Assembly (NCBI GenBank): GCA_037443205.1
Contig: JBBIOU010000011.1
Location: forward strand, 1,441 to 65,440
DNA: 64,000 nt
Source: Flavobacteriales bacterium
Lineage (GTDB): Bacteria; Bacteroidota; Bacteroidia; Flavobacteriales_D; UBA2798
Direction: 5' to 3'
The position numbers and the translations under genes are program-made. The notes under the pieces were generated by a model. That model was not told the DNA's origin, searched no databases, and saw nothing but the letters and a program-made list of their open reading frames with translations. Shown piece after piece: positions 28,197-39,333 of the stretch. Position 1 is the first letter of the stretch; each line of letters starts with the position of its first letter.

Positions 28197-30971
28197 ATGG
28201 AATACAATTTTAGAGAAATAGAACAAAAGTGGCAACAACACTGGGCAGAACACAAAACTTACAAAGCATTAGATAATAGTGATAAATCTAAGTATTATGT
28301 ATTAGACATGTTTCCTTACCCATCAGGAGCGGGTTTACATGTTGGGCATCCGCTTGGTTACATTGCCTCTGATATTATGGCTCGCTATAAACGCCATAAA
28401 GGCTTTAACGTATTACACCCAATGGGCTACGACAGTTTTGGTTTACCTGCTGAGCAATATGCTATTCAAACCGGACAGCACCCTGCCATAACTACGGAAC
28501 AAAACATAAAACGATACCGCGAACAATTAGACAAAATTGGATTTTCATTCGATTGGGACAGAGAAGTGCGCACCAGCGATCCAAACTATTATAAATGGAC
28601 ACAGTGGATTTTTATTCAACTTTTCAATTCGTGGTATAATCCCGAAAGCGATAAAGCAGAACCCATTGAAACGCTTATTAAAAAATTTAAAAACCTCTCC
28701 CCTAACTCCTCTCAAAATGGAGAGGGGAACAATAGTTCCCTTAACATACCTGAAATTTTAAAAAATAAACGCTGGAATGAACTTTCAGAAAAAGAGCAAT
28801 CAGATATTTTAATGGAATACCGATTAGCTTATTTAAGCGAAGCTTATGTAAACTGGTGTCCTGCATTGGGTACGGTATTAGCCAATGATGAAGTAAAAGA
28901 TGGCGTGAGCGAAAGAGGTGGCCATCCGGTAGAAAGAAAATTAATGAAACAATGGAGTCTTCGCATTACGGCTTATGCAGAACGCTTACTTAAAGGATTA
29001 GATATAATTGACTGGAGCGAAAGTATAAAAGAAGCACAAAGAAACTGGATTGGAAGATCGGAAGGGACAAGTTTAAAATTTGAAATTGATGGTTACAATG
29101 CAGAAGTAGAAGTTTTCACAACCCGCCCCGACACTATTTTTGGAGTGAGTTATTTAACGCTTGCACCCGAACACGAACTGGTAGAAAAAATTACTACTCC
29201 CGAACAAAAAGAAAAAGTAGAGGCATACATTACTTATGCTAAAAATCGCAGCGAACGCGAGCGTCAGGCCGATGTAAAAAAAGTTACAGGCGAGTTTACC
29301 GGAGCTTATGCCATACAGCCTTTTACAGGAAAACAAATTCCGATTTGGGTGGGCGATTATGTTTTGGCAGGATATGGAACAGGCGCAGTAATGGCTGTTC
29401 CCGCTCATGATTCGCGCGATTATGCTTTTGCAAAAACCTTTAATTTACCAATTCTGCAAGTAGTTGAAGGTGGCGACATAAGTAAAGAAGCTTACGATAC
29501 AAAAGAAGGTAAAATAATTAATTCTGATTTTTTAAACGGACTTGAAGTAAAAGATGCCATAAAAGCTGCCATTGCCGAAATTGAAAAACGAGGAATAGGA
29601 AAAGGAAAAATAAATTATCGCCTTCGCGATGCAGTATTTGGCCGCCAACGCTATTGGGGCGAACCCATACCTATTTATTATGATAATGAAATACCAAAAG
29701 CAGTTGACGAAAAACATTTACCCATTATTCTCCCTGAAGTTGATAAATATTTACCGACTGAAGATGGCGATCCACCATTAGCAAGAGCTTCAGAAAAATG
29801 GAAATATCAGGGAAAATACGATTACGAATTTACCACCATGCCGGGATGGGCAGGCAGTTCCTGGCATTTTTTGCGCTACATGGATCCAAAAAACGAAAAG
29901 GAATTTGTATCTAAAAAAGCTGCCGAATATTGGAAAGAAATTGACTTATATATAGGCGGTGCCGAACACGCCACAGGACATTTATTATACTTCCGCTTTT
30001 GGACAAAATTTCTGAAAGACCTAGGTTACATCAGCATTGAAGAACCTGCAAAGAAATTGATTAATCAGGGGATGATACAGGGAACTTCAGCTATTATTTA
30101 CCGCGTAAACGGAACTAATAAAATTGTATCAGCAGGTTTAAAAAATAAATACGATGCTGTTGCGATTCATATTGATGTTAATTTGGTTGATAATAGTATT
30201 GTAAATATTGAAGAATTAAAAAAATGGCGCGATGATTTTGCCAATGCAGAATTTGAATTAGAAAATGGTAAATTAATTTGCCATCACGAAGTTGAAAAAA
30301 TGAGTAAAAGATGGTTTAATGTTGTAACACCAGATTCAATATGCGAAAAATACGGAGCCGACACATTGCGTTTATACGAAATGTTTTTAGGTCCGCTGGA
30401 GCAGCACAAACCATGGAACACAAACGGAATAACGGGTGTACATAATTTCTTGAAAAAACTTTGGAGATTATTCCACTCAGAAAATGGAATTTCAAACGAG
30501 GCAGCAAGTAAAGCAGAACTTAAAGCTTTACACAAATGCATTAAAAAAGTAAACGAAGACATTGAGCGTTTTTCATTCAACACTTCGGTAAGTAATTTTA
30601 TGATTTGTGTAAATGAGCTAAGCGATTTAAAGTGCAACAAACGCGAAATATTAGAGCCGCTTATTGTTTTAATTTCTCCTTATGCACCTCATATTGCAGA
30701 AGAACTATGGAGCAAATTAGGGCACACAGAAAGTATTGAATACGTTACTTATCCTGTGCATAACGAAGCATATTTAACAGAAGATAATTTTAATTATCCG
30801 GTTTCATTTAACGGAAAAATGCGTTTTAATATTGAACTGCCCATTACACTTTCTCCCAAAGAAGTGGAAGAAGCAGCACTTTCAGCACCTGAAGCCCAAA
30901 AATGGTTGGAGGGAAAAACGCCCAAAAAAGTAATAGTTGTACCTAAAAAGATTGTAAATATTGTAGTTTAA
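28197..30971 (+). CDS. leuS: Leucine--tRNA ligase
   Basis: [16 protein letters not shown] is the canonical LeuS N-terminus. The HIGH motif (HVGHPLGY) and KMSKR are present. The track ORF start at 28044 would overlap ftsX and is rejected. Confidence 0.95.
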   Translation: MEYNFREIEQKWQQHWAEHKTYKALDNSDKSKYYVLDMFPYPSGAGLHVGHPLGYIASDIMARYKRHKGFNVLHPMGYDSFGLPAEQYAIQTGQHPAITTEQNIKRYREQLDKIGFSFDWDREVRTSDPNYYKWTQWIFIQLFNSWYNPESDKAEPIETLIKKFKNLSPNSSQNGEGNNSSLNIPEILKNKRWNELSEKEQSDILMEYRLAYLSEAYVNWCPALGTVLANDEVKDGVSERGGHPVERKLMKQWSLRITAYAERLLKGLDIIDWSESIKEAQRNWIGRSEGTSLKFEIDGYNAEVEVFTTRPDTIFGVSYLTLAPEHELVEKITTPEQKEKVEAYITYAKNRSERERQADVKKVTGEFTGAYAIQPFTGKQIPIWVGDYVLAGYGTGAVMAVPAHDSRDYAFAKTFNLPILQVVEGGDISKEAYDTKEGKIINSDFLNGLEVKDAIKAAIAEIEKRGIGKGKINYRLRDAVFGRQRYWGEPIPIYYDNEIPKAVDEKHLPIILPEVDKYLPTEDGDPPLARASEKWKYQGKYDYEFTTMPGWAGSSWHFLRYMDPKNEKEFVSKKAAEYWKEIDLYIGGAEHATGHLLYFRFWTKFLKDLGYISIEEPAKKLINQGMIQGTSAIIYRVNGTNKIVSAGLKNKYDAVAIHIDVNLVDNSIVNIEELKKWRDDFANAEFELENGKLICHHEVEKMSKRWFNVVTPDSICEKYGADTLRLYEMFLGPLEQHKPWNTNGITGVHNFLKKLWRLFHSENGISNEAASKAELKALHKCIKKVNEDIERFSFNTSVSNFMICVNELSDLKCNKREILEPLIVLISPYAPHIAEELWSKLGHTESIEYVTYPVHNEAYLTEDNFNYPVSFNGKMRFNIELPITLSPKEVEEAALSAPEAQKWLEGKTPKKVIVVPKKIVNIVV

Positions 30972-31102
30972 TAATTCCACATAGACATTTCGACATATTT
31001 TTTACGATAAATGTTTAGTTTTTAGCGATAAATTAATAATTAATATCAGTTTTTTATTATTTTCGCATACGGAAAACAAAAAAGCGGTTCAATATTAAAC
31101 AA

Positions 31103-34100
31103 ATGTACTTATCCATGAGTGTGAACAACCAATTAAAGCGCGGATGGCGTTTGCTGTTATTTTGCTTTATTTTATTACAGTATAAATCAGCTAAATCTCA
31201 AATAGACACAGTATTTTGGTTTGCGGCTCCCGAAGTTTCTTCATCACTGGGCGACAACCCGATTTATTTAAAATTTCTTACCTACAATACTCCGGCAACT
31301 ATCACTATTAGTCAGCCGGCAAATATGTCATTTACTCCTATCGTATTGAATTTGCCGGCAAACAGTAACGGGCAAACAAATTTAACCCCGTTTTTATCCC
31401 AAATTGAAAGCCCTGCAGCCAACGTGGTTTCTAATAACGGATTAAAAGTATCATCTACGGCACCCATTAGTGCGTTTTTCGATTTACAAGCTACAAACAA
31501 TAAAGAAATTTTTTCATTAAAAGGACAAAAAGCCCTGGGTACAAATTTTTATACTCCATTTCAAACTTTTTTTGCAGCCGGTTCAACCACTCCCGCCTCA
31601 TTTCATTCATTTGAAATTGTTGCAACACAACCCAATACTACGGTGCTTATAACTCCCCGTGCCAATATAGTAGGGCATAGTGCCAATGTTACATACAGCA
31701 TCAGTTTAAATGCCGGGCAAACTTACAGTGGTCGCACCACATCTACTGCAGCTACTCCCTCCCTGGCAGGGTCTATTATTTCTGCTGATAAACCTGTGGC
31801 AGTAACGGTTCATTCAGGCGCCTTAAGCAGTGCCGGATGCATGAATACAACAGGCGACCAAATCACTACCACCGAACACATCGGCACAGATTATATTATC
31901 TACAAGAACAATGCATTTAATGAGAGAATTTACGTATTGGCCACTCAAAACGCAACTACTGTAGAAATATATAAATCTACCAATTCAAATACCTTAATAA
32001 ACTGGGGCGAAACCCATCAGGTAACTACCAATATAAACGATACGGTAATCTACATCAAAACCAATAAACCGGTTTATGTTTATCACCTTTCGGGTAACGG
32101 ATGCAGGTTGGCGGCAGCTCAGGTGCCACCGGTTTTTTGTGCAGGAACGTATGAAACATCTTTTTCGCGTCACAGCAGCGATTCAATCGGGGTGTTTTTA
32201 TATACCCGAACCGGATTTGAAAGTATGTTTGCTTTAAACGGAAATGCATCGCTTGTGCCGGCCTCTGCGTTTAAAAACGTTCCGGGTACCAGCGGGCAGT
32301 TTAAATCGGCATTGATTTATTACAATACTACGGATGTACCTGTTGGTTCGTACAATAAAATAACTAACTCGGGAGATATTTTCGGATTAGGGATTATACA
32401 TGGTCAACACTCGGCAGGCTCAGGCTACGCTTATTTATCGCAGTTTTCATCCTCTCCATTTGTTGAAGCAGGTCCGGCAGTTGATACAACTTGCGCGAAT
32501 GTACCTTACACGGTTAATGGCATAGTAGGAGGGGGTTCAGTAACAGGCTTCTGGGGCAGCTCCGGTTTCGGAAGCTTTCAAAATCCGCTCAATAGCTTAA
32601 ATAATACTTATGTACCCAGTAATTTAGACACCTTAGTTAGTCCGATAAGATTAGTGCTTACTTCTTCTCCGCCTTGCCCAACCCAACGCGATACCATATT
32701 TTTACATGTATTACCCGCACCTATTGTAAACGCATCGGTTGATCAATCGGTTTGTAATAATAATCCGGTAGTTAATCTCAATGGCAGTGTAATTGCCGGT
32801 TCTACAACAGGTATATGGACCAGTTTAGGTACGGGAGGAACTTTTAGCCCTAACAATACTACATTAAATGCAACATTTACTCCATCCTCAACCGATATCA
32901 GTAACGGTTCGGTAACATTGGTATTGACTTCTACTAATGCAGGGGTTTGCTTAAATGTTTCTGACACTATGGTAGTTACATTTACGCAGGCAGCTACCGT
33001 AAATGCAGGCCCTGCCACTGTTTCGGTGTGTGCTAATAATCCACAAGTAAGCCTTAGCGGAACAGTTTCTGCGCCTTTTGGAGGAAAATGGACAACCAGT
33101 GGCACCGGCTTTTTCTTACCTAATAACTTATCATTAAACTGCACTTACCAACCCACCACCGCAGATGTAAACAGCGGTAGTGTTACACTATATCTGGAAT
33201 CAACCAACAACGGAAATTGTTTACCGGTTTATGATAGCATTGTAGTTACTTTTACTCCGGCACCAACAGTTAATGCCGGAACTAATATTATTGCCTGTAC
33301 CAATAGCCCGACAGTTCAATTAAATGGCACTGTTAGCGGCCCTACCACTACAGGAATCTGGTCAGGAGGAAGCGGTACATTCACACCTTCAAATACCACG
33401 TTAAACGCAGTTTATACTCCAACCCCTGCTGAGGTTTTATCCGGAACCATCTTCTTAACATTAACTTCTACCAATAACCAAAACTGCAATGCAGTTAACA
33501 GCACCGTACAAATTAATTTTGTAGCTCCGCCTTTTGCAAACTTCAATTTTAATAATGTCTGCCAAAATGAAACAACTGTTTTTACTGATTTTTCTTTACC
33601 CGGGTTTGGCTCTTTAAATGCCTGGCAATGGGATTTTGGCGATAACACAAATTCTGCTTTGCAAAACCCCACGCATCTTTATGCTGCACCTGGAAACTAT
33701 ACGGTACAGTTAATAGCTACCTCTAATAGTGGTTGCAGCGATACAATTACACAAACCGTTAGTGTTTACCCTAAACCCGTTGCTGACTTTACATACACCG
33801 GTTCTTGTAACGGTGCATTTATCACCATAAATTTTACAGATAGTTCCTATGTAAACAACGGCACTATCAATTACTGGTATTATGATTTTGGAGGTCCGGG
33901 CAATATTGTTGCACAAAACCCTACACAGGTATTTACTACTTCGGGTAATTATACAGTTACACATGCTGTTGCCACCACGCAAGGTTGCAGAGATACCATT
34001 GTTAAAATAGTTAATGTTCCACCCCGACCGGATGCGGATTTTACTTATAATTTTAATGCCGGCCCCAATGTTGGTTCTATTTATAATTTTGTTAATCTAT

Positions 34101-34561
34101 CAAGTAACAGTACCAGCTATTATTGGACATTTGGCGATGGCAACAATTCGACTGACGTAAACCCTTTAAATACGTATTTTAATAACGGAAATTATTATGT
34201 AACACTTTATGCATATGGGGCATTTGGCTGCGTTGATAGTACCACAAAAATTATTGTAATAAATAATGTAACTACCGAAATCAGTACTTTAATACCGAAT
34301 GCTATTTCGCCTAATGGTGATGGAAAAAATGACGTGTGGAAGCTTGGATTTATTAATCTTTTATACCCCGATGCCGAGGTGTACATTTACAACCGCTGGG
34401 GACAAGAAATGTTTTCATCTAAAGGATACAACACCCCTTGGGATGGCACCTATAACAATGAGCCTGTTCCAGATGCTACCTATTATTATGTGATAAAACT
34501 CAACGACTCTCAGTCGCAAATTTTTAAAGGCTCAATTTTAGTTTTAAGAAATAAAGATTAA
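31103..34561 (+). CDS. T9SS type-B (CHU_C / gliding-motility C-terminal domain) cargo, 1152 aa
   Basis: The order is: signal peptide; a ~450-aa N-domain; four tandem ~85-aa repeats (about 32459-33530); three or four PKD domains (WDFGDN.., YDFGG.., WTFGDGN..); and the C-terminal IPNAISPNGDGKNDVWK...IYNRWGQEMF...WDGTYNN...YYYVIK. Confidence 0.85.
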   Translation: MYLSMSVNNQLKRGWRLLLFCFILLQYKSAKSQIDTVFWFAAPEVSSSLGDNPIYLKFLTYNTPATITISQPANMSFTPIVLNLPANSNGQTNLTPFLSQIESPAANVVSNNGLKVSSTAPISAFFDLQATNNKEIFSLKGQKALGTNFYTPFQTFFAAGSTTPASFHSFEIVATQPNTTVLITPRANIVGHSANVTYSISLNAGQTYSGRTTSTAATPSLAGSIISADKPVAVTVHSGALSSAGCMNTTGDQITTTEHIGTDYIIYKNNAFNERIYVLATQNATTVEIYKSTNSNTLINWGETHQVTTNINDTVIYIKTNKPVYVYHLSGNGCRLAAAQVPPVFCAGTYETSFSRHSSDSIGVFLYTRTGFESMFALNGNASLVPASAFKNVPGTSGQFKSALIYYNTTDVPVGSYNKITNSGDIFGLGIIHGQHSAGSGYAYLSQFSSSPFVEAGPAVDTTCANVPYTVNGIVGGGSVTGFWGSSGFGSFQNPLNSLNNTYVPSNLDTLVSPIRLVLTSSPPCPTQRDTIFLHVLPAPIVNASVDQSVCNNNPVVNLNGSVIAGSTTGIWTSLGTGGTFSPNNTTLNATFTPSSTDISNGSVTLVLTSTNAGVCLNVSDTMVVTFTQAATVNAGPATVSVCANNPQVSLSGTVSAPFGGKWTTSGTGFFLPNNLSLNCTYQPTTADVNSGSVTLYLESTNNGNCLPVYDSIVVTFTPAPTVNAGTNIIACTNSPTVQLNGTVSGPTTTGIWSGGSGTFTPSNTTLNAVYTPTPAEVLSGTIFLTLTSTNNQNCNAVNSTVQINFVAPPFANFNFNNVCQNETTVFTDFSLPGFGSLNAWQWDFGDNTNSALQNPTHLYAAPGNYTVQLIATSNSGCSDTITQTVSVYPKPVADFTYTGSCNGAFITINFTDSSYVNNGTINYWYYDFGGPGNIVAQNPTQVFTTSGNYTVTHAVATTQGCRDTIVKIVNVPPRPDADFTYNFNAGPNVGSIYNFVNLSSNSTSYYWTFGDGNNSTDVNPLNTYFNNGNYYVTLYAYGAFGCVDSTTKIIVINNVTTEISTLIPNAISPNGDGKNDVWKLGFINLLYPDAEVYIYNRWGQEMFSSKGYNTPWDGTYNNEPVPDATYYYVIKLNDSQSQIFKGSILVLRNKD

Positions 34562-34566
34562 TAAAA

Positions 34567-35538
34567 ATGATAAAGAAATTTATATACACAACAATTGTTT
34601 TGCTGCTTTTTGCTTATTTTTCATTGGCACAGCAACAAGCTACGTTTACAAATTTTTTACTGAATGATTATTTTTATAATCCTGCAATTGCCGGCAGCAA
34701 AAAAGTGCATGTTGCCAATTTAAGTTACCGCAATCAGTGGACAGGATTTGAAGGCGCACCTAATACACTTATCGGTAATTTTTATGGCTCGCTTAGAAAT
34801 GAAGGCAAGCATGGTTATGGACTTTCGATATTGAACGACCGTGCAGGGCTTGCCCAAAGTACAGCTATATATTTGAATTATGCCTACCATATTAAGTTAA
34901 GTAAAGAAATAAAATTAGGTTTGGGATTTCAACCCGGATACTTGCAATACAGGGTTAAGTTGTATGATGCTCGCCTGGCTGATGCAGGTGATGATGTGTT
35001 AACCGGTAATATATTATCGGCTAACGCACTCGATTTAAACAGCGGGTTTCATTTGTACTCACCTAAGTTTTTTGTGATGGGGGCCATGCAGCAAATACTT
35101 GGTAAGGAAATACAATTTACTACATACAACAATAATCTGGCTAAACACTTTACCCTGCTCGGAGGCTATAACATTAAATTAGACAGTGCAAAAATGTTAT
35201 TACAACCCACTTTGCTGGTACGTTATGTTAAACCGGCACCAGCGCAAATAGGTATTATGTTAAAAGCGACATACGATAAAAAATACTGGGCAGGTATATC
35301 TTATCGCACCAGCGATGCTATGTCTGTGTGTATAGGATATAATTTAAAAGAAAGACTCAGTGTGGGATATGGTTATGATTATTCTGTTTCAGGCATCCGA
35401 AAATTTAATTCCGGTTCGCACGAAATTGTTATATCGTTTATCACAACGCCTAAAAAACCTTCGCTTGATGAAATGGACGAAAAACTAAATAACCGCATCA
35501 TGGATCAAAATAAACTTGATGTCAAAGAAAAATATTAA
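34567..35538 (+). CDS. T9SS membrane protein, PorP/SprF family
   Basis: It has a signal peptide followed by QQQATFTNFLLNDYFYNPAIAGS...YRNQWTGFEGAPNT...YGLSILNDRAG, the PorP/SprF N-terminal signature. Confidence 0.85.
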   Translation: MIKKFIYTTIVLLLFAYFSLAQQQATFTNFLLNDYFYNPAIAGSKKVHVANLSYRNQWTGFEGAPNTLIGNFYGSLRNEGKHGYGLSILNDRAGLAQSTAIYLNYAYHIKLSKEIKLGLGFQPGYLQYRVKLYDARLADAGDDVLTGNILSANALDLNSGFHLYSPKFFVMGAMQQILGKEIQFTTYNNNLAKHFTLLGGYNIKLDSAKMLLQPTLLVRYVKPAPAQIGIMLKATYDKKYWAGISYRTSDAMSVCIGYNLKERLSVGYGYDYSVSGIRKFNSGSHEIVISFITTPKKPSLDEMDEKLNNRIMDQNKLDVKEKY

Positions 35539-35543
35539 TCATT

Positions 35544-38500
35544 ATGAATACTTTTAAATTTTTAGAAATGAAAAAAAGCAAATATTTACTAGTATTTGTT
35601 GTGTTTTTTAGTCTTTCACAAAAAGAAGCAAAAGCACAAATTGACACGCTTTTTTGGTTTGCGGCTCCCTGGGTAACACCCGACCATTGGTGGAGAGACC
35701 CTATAGCATTTCATTTTTCCACCTTTAACAACCCTACTGCAGTAAGAATTCAACAACCTGTAACCGGATATGATACTACCATTAATATACCTGCTAACAG
35801 CTTGTTTTCAAAATATGTGGACTTTATGATTAATGCGGTAGAATCTAAACCCGCAAACACAGTTTTAAATACAGGTTTTAAAATAACATCTGATTTTCCA
35901 ATTACGGTAGTGTATGATGTTATTACACGTCCTACTCAACATTACAACCCCGAAACATTTTCTCTTAAAGGTCAAAACGGATTAGGAAAAGAATTTGTGT
36001 GCTCATTCCAAACAAGATGGAATAACCAAACATTAAGTGGTGACCTAAACGGAGACTCACAAGTTACACAGCCGTATCAGCAAATAAATATTGTAGCCAC
36101 CGAGCCAAATACCACTGTTTATATTACACCCCGATGTAATGTAGTAGGAGGGCACCCGGCTAATGTTACGTACTCGGTAGTTTTACCTTTGGCAGGAAAT
36201 ACCTATACGGTTCAAAACCTGGTACAAAATACCAGTGTGCCCGGTAATAACCTGGCGGGAACTATTGTAGTTGCCGATAAGCCTATTGCCGTTACAGTTA
36301 CTGACGATTCGGTAAACCCTTCGGGAGGAGGCGGATGCTACGATTTAATGGGAGACCAAACCGTTCCGGTAGATGTGGTAGGAACGGATTATATTGTTCT
36401 AAAAGGTAATTTAAATGTTGGTTCAGAAGAATCATTTTTCATTACGGCAACCGAAAATTTTACGCAGGTTACAATTAACGATGGATTTAATCCTGTTACC
36501 AATGTATTATTAAATCAAGGAGATACTTACCGATATTTAATTAATAATGCAGGACAGCCAAGAACTTATGTACAAGCTGATAAACCGGTATATGTGTTAC
36601 ACATGACAGGTTATGGCTGCGAATTAGGAGAAGCCATTTTACCGCCACTAAATTGTGCCGGTTCTCAAACGGTTACATTTCCCCGAACGAATGCCCAAAA
36701 TTTTTCACTCAATATACTATGTCCTACCGGTGCTGAGGGAGCCTTTTTACTAAATGGTAATCCGGCTCTGGTGCCTGCCGCAGCGTTTAACCCTGTGCCC
36801 GGTACAGGTGGTCAATGGCTGGCAGCACAAATTACCTTTACAACGGCACAAATACCCGCGGGTTCTTCAAATATCTTAACCAATTCCATTGATAATTTTG
36901 GAATGGGTGTTATTAATGGTGGTACTACAACCGGATGCTTGTATCATTATATGTCCTCCTTCATAAGAAGAGTATATACCCATGCCGGTAACGACACTAT
37001 TTTATGCAGCGGTGATCCCTTTGTTCCTTTAAATGGCAGCGTAACCGGAGGAGCAACCACCGGTATTTGGACCACAATAAATGGTTCAGGAACATTTAAT
37101 AACCCTACCGACTTAGTAGGGCAATACAACCCGACTGCCAGCGATTATAGCCAGGGAACCGTTACGTTTGTCTTGGAATCTACCGGTAATTGCTTGCCGG
37201 TTAGAGATACCTTGGTAGTTCAATTTATTCAATCACCTATAGTTACTGCCGGGGTTGATAATGTATATTGTAAAAACAATGTTCCGCAAATACCTTTAAA
37301 TGGTACATTGCAGTATGCAGTTGGTTCAAACTGGAGTGGTGGTGCAGGAGGTTCGTTTGGTAACGCAGGTTCATTAAATACTTTTTATACACCTTCACCG
37401 GCCGATTTAGCAAACGACAGTGTTGCTATTGTTATTACATCAGCAGGTAGTTTCTTTGCTTGTCCGGACGACTCGGATACAGTGGTATTTTACTTTACTG
37501 AGCCTCCGGTAGTTGTTGCAGGACCTAATCAAACGATTTGTACCAGTGTAACCGATATAAATTTGAATGGTTTTGTAGGCGGAACATCCAACACTGGTGT
37601 CTGGTCGTATACAGGCACAGGAAGTATCAGCCCAAGTAACAACAGCCTTACCGGGATATATTCGGTAACACCTACCGACACTACAGCTTCGCAATTATGG
37701 TTTTATTTAACTTCAACCAACAATGGCAATTGCCTGGCAGTAGTAGATAGTTTTCAGGTTAATATTTTAAGCAAACCAAGTATATCTATGACTGTTCCCG
37801 ACTCGGTTTGTTCTAATTTATCGAGTATAAATTTAAGCGGCAATGTAACAAGCGGTTTTGATTACTATTGGTCAACCGATGGAGCCGGTACCATTGTTAG
37901 TCCCAATAATACACCCAACACCAGTTACACCATCAGCCCGATTGACGTATCAAACGGTTTTGTGAATATAGCTTTATCTACAACACCGGATATTTGTCCT
38001 ACGGAAAGTGATACTGTTACGGTTTACTTTATAGCACCACCCACCGTATTTGCCGGAAATGATATTAACTTATGCAGCAATGAAGCGATACAATTAAACG
38101 GAAATATAAGTGGTCCCAATCCACAAGGAACATGGACAAGTACCGGTACAGGTGTATTTAATCCGGGTAATAATTTTATCTCTACCATATATATCCCCTC
38201 TGCTCTTGATATCTCAAATGGTAATGTGCAATTAACTTTAACTTCGACTAATAATTTTGGATGCCCGCCAACCAATGATGCATTGAATGTAACCTTTTTA
38301 CCAATACCGAATGCATCATTTAATGCGACTACAGTTTGCGAGGGGAATAATACAACATTTACCGACCAATCAACTGTTTCGTCAGGCAGTATAACATCCT
38401 GGAATTGGGATTTTGGTGGCTTTGGCAGTTCGGTTGCTCAAAACCCGCTATATACATTCCCTGCAAGTGGCCCAATCAATGTTACATTAATTGTGCAATC

Positions 38501-39311
38501 AAGCAACGGGTGCTACGATACCATACAACAAACCGTAGTGGTTAATCCCAATCCGGTAGTTTCGTTTACACCCACTCGTTTTTGTGTAGGCTTGCCCACA
38601 GAATTTATAGATAATTCTTTTATACCCACGGGCAGTATTGTGTCATGGTCTTACGATTTTGGTGATGGCTCACCTGTCAGCAATTTACAAAACCCCATCC
38701 ATATCTATACCAGTTCAGGTACATATAATGTGGTAATGACGGCCACTTCTAATTTAGGTTGCACTGGTACTTCCACAACTACAGTAACCGCATTACCGGG
38801 TCCTAATGCAGCATTTACTGCATCGCCCAATCCGGCATTAATTAATGAGAATATTCAATTTACCGATCAGTCAACCGGTAACATTGCTGCCTGGTTGTGG
38901 AATTTTGGCAACAATACGGGTAGTAACAGCCCAAACCCGGTTCACAGCTACCCCGATGGAGGAAGTTATATTGTTTATTTAGTTGTAACTGATAACGATG
39001 GTTGTGTAGATACTGCCCGAACAGTAATTGATATTACATTATTACCGGTATTACCTACCGCTTTTACTCCAAACGGAGACGGAGAAAATGACAGTTTTAT
39101 CATCCGCGGAGGACCATTCAAATCAGTGGATTTTAGAATATATAACAACTGGGGAGAACAAATTTTCTTTAGCGATGATGCAAGCATTGGTTGGGATGGA
39201 ACCTATAAAGGCAATCCCGCTCAAATGGGGGTTTATACATGGAAATTTATTGTGGAATTACCCGGAGGCAGAATCATTACACAATCGGGTGACGTAACCT
39301 TAATCAGATAA
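35544..39311 (+). CDS. T9SS type-B cargo, 1255 aa; paralog of 31103..34561
   Basis: It has the same N-domain (see findings), five ~85-aa repeats (about 36976-38290) and four PKD domains. The C-terminus is LPTAFTPNGDGENDSFII...IYNNWGEQIF...WDGTYKG...YTWKF. An alternative start is the ATG at 35568 (MKKSKYLL). Confidence 0.85.
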   Translation: MNTFKFLEMKKSKYLLVFVVFFSLSQKEAKAQIDTLFWFAAPWVTPDHWWRDPIAFHFSTFNNPTAVRIQQPVTGYDTTINIPANSLFSKYVDFMINAVESKPANTVLNTGFKITSDFPITVVYDVITRPTQHYNPETFSLKGQNGLGKEFVCSFQTRWNNQTLSGDLNGDSQVTQPYQQINIVATEPNTTVYITPRCNVVGGHPANVTYSVVLPLAGNTYTVQNLVQNTSVPGNNLAGTIVVADKPIAVTVTDDSVNPSGGGGCYDLMGDQTVPVDVVGTDYIVLKGNLNVGSEESFFITATENFTQVTINDGFNPVTNVLLNQGDTYRYLINNAGQPRTYVQADKPVYVLHMTGYGCELGEAILPPLNCAGSQTVTFPRTNAQNFSLNILCPTGAEGAFLLNGNPALVPAAAFNPVPGTGGQWLAAQITFTTAQIPAGSSNILTNSIDNFGMGVINGGTTTGCLYHYMSSFIRRVYTHAGNDTILCSGDPFVPLNGSVTGGATTGIWTTINGSGTFNNPTDLVGQYNPTASDYSQGTVTFVLESTGNCLPVRDTLVVQFIQSPIVTAGVDNVYCKNNVPQIPLNGTLQYAVGSNWSGGAGGSFGNAGSLNTFYTPSPADLANDSVAIVITSAGSFFACPDDSDTVVFYFTEPPVVVAGPNQTICTSVTDINLNGFVGGTSNTGVWSYTGTGSISPSNNSLTGIYSVTPTDTTASQLWFYLTSTNNGNCLAVVDSFQVNILSKPSISMTVPDSVCSNLSSINLSGNVTSGFDYYWSTDGAGTIVSPNNTPNTSYTISPIDVSNGFVNIALSTTPDICPTESDTVTVYFIAPPTVFAGNDINLCSNEAIQLNGNISGPNPQGTWTSTGTGVFNPGNNFISTIYIPSALDISNGNVQLTLTSTNNFGCPPTNDALNVTFLPIPNASFNATTVCEGNNTTFTDQSTVSSGSITSWNWDFGGFGSSVAQNPLYTFPASGPINVTLIVQSSNGCYDTIQQTVVVNPNPVVSFTPTRFCVGLPTEFIDNSFIPTGSIVSWSYDFGDGSPVSNLQNPIHIYTSSGTYNVVMTATSNLGCTGTSTTTVTALPGPNAAFTASPNPALINENIQFTDQSTGNIAAWLWNFGNNTGSNSPNPVHSYPDGGSYIVYLVVTDNDGCVDTARTVIDITLLPVLPTAFTPNGDGENDSFIIRGGPFKSVDFRIYNNWGEQIFFSDDASIGWDGTYKGNPAQMGVYTWKFIVELPGGRIITQSGDVTLIR

Positions 39312-39333
39312 TTTATAATAACAGGAAGTAGAT

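Noticed and set aside
28680-28760. Low-complexity insert in LeuS ([17 protein letters not shown]) whose DNA contains a small hairpin (cctctc-aaaatg-gagagg), considered as a possible in-frame insertion of a repeat element
   Set aside because: This part of LeuS is naturally variable between species. The hairpin is short, and it shows no convincing similarity to the intergenic repeat family.
31058-31065. TATTTTCG upstream of the first T9SS cargo gene as its -7 promoter box
   Set aside because: It is only a near match (C in place of the third T) and there are other equally weak candidates nearby. The cluster's promoter cannot be placed from sequence alone.
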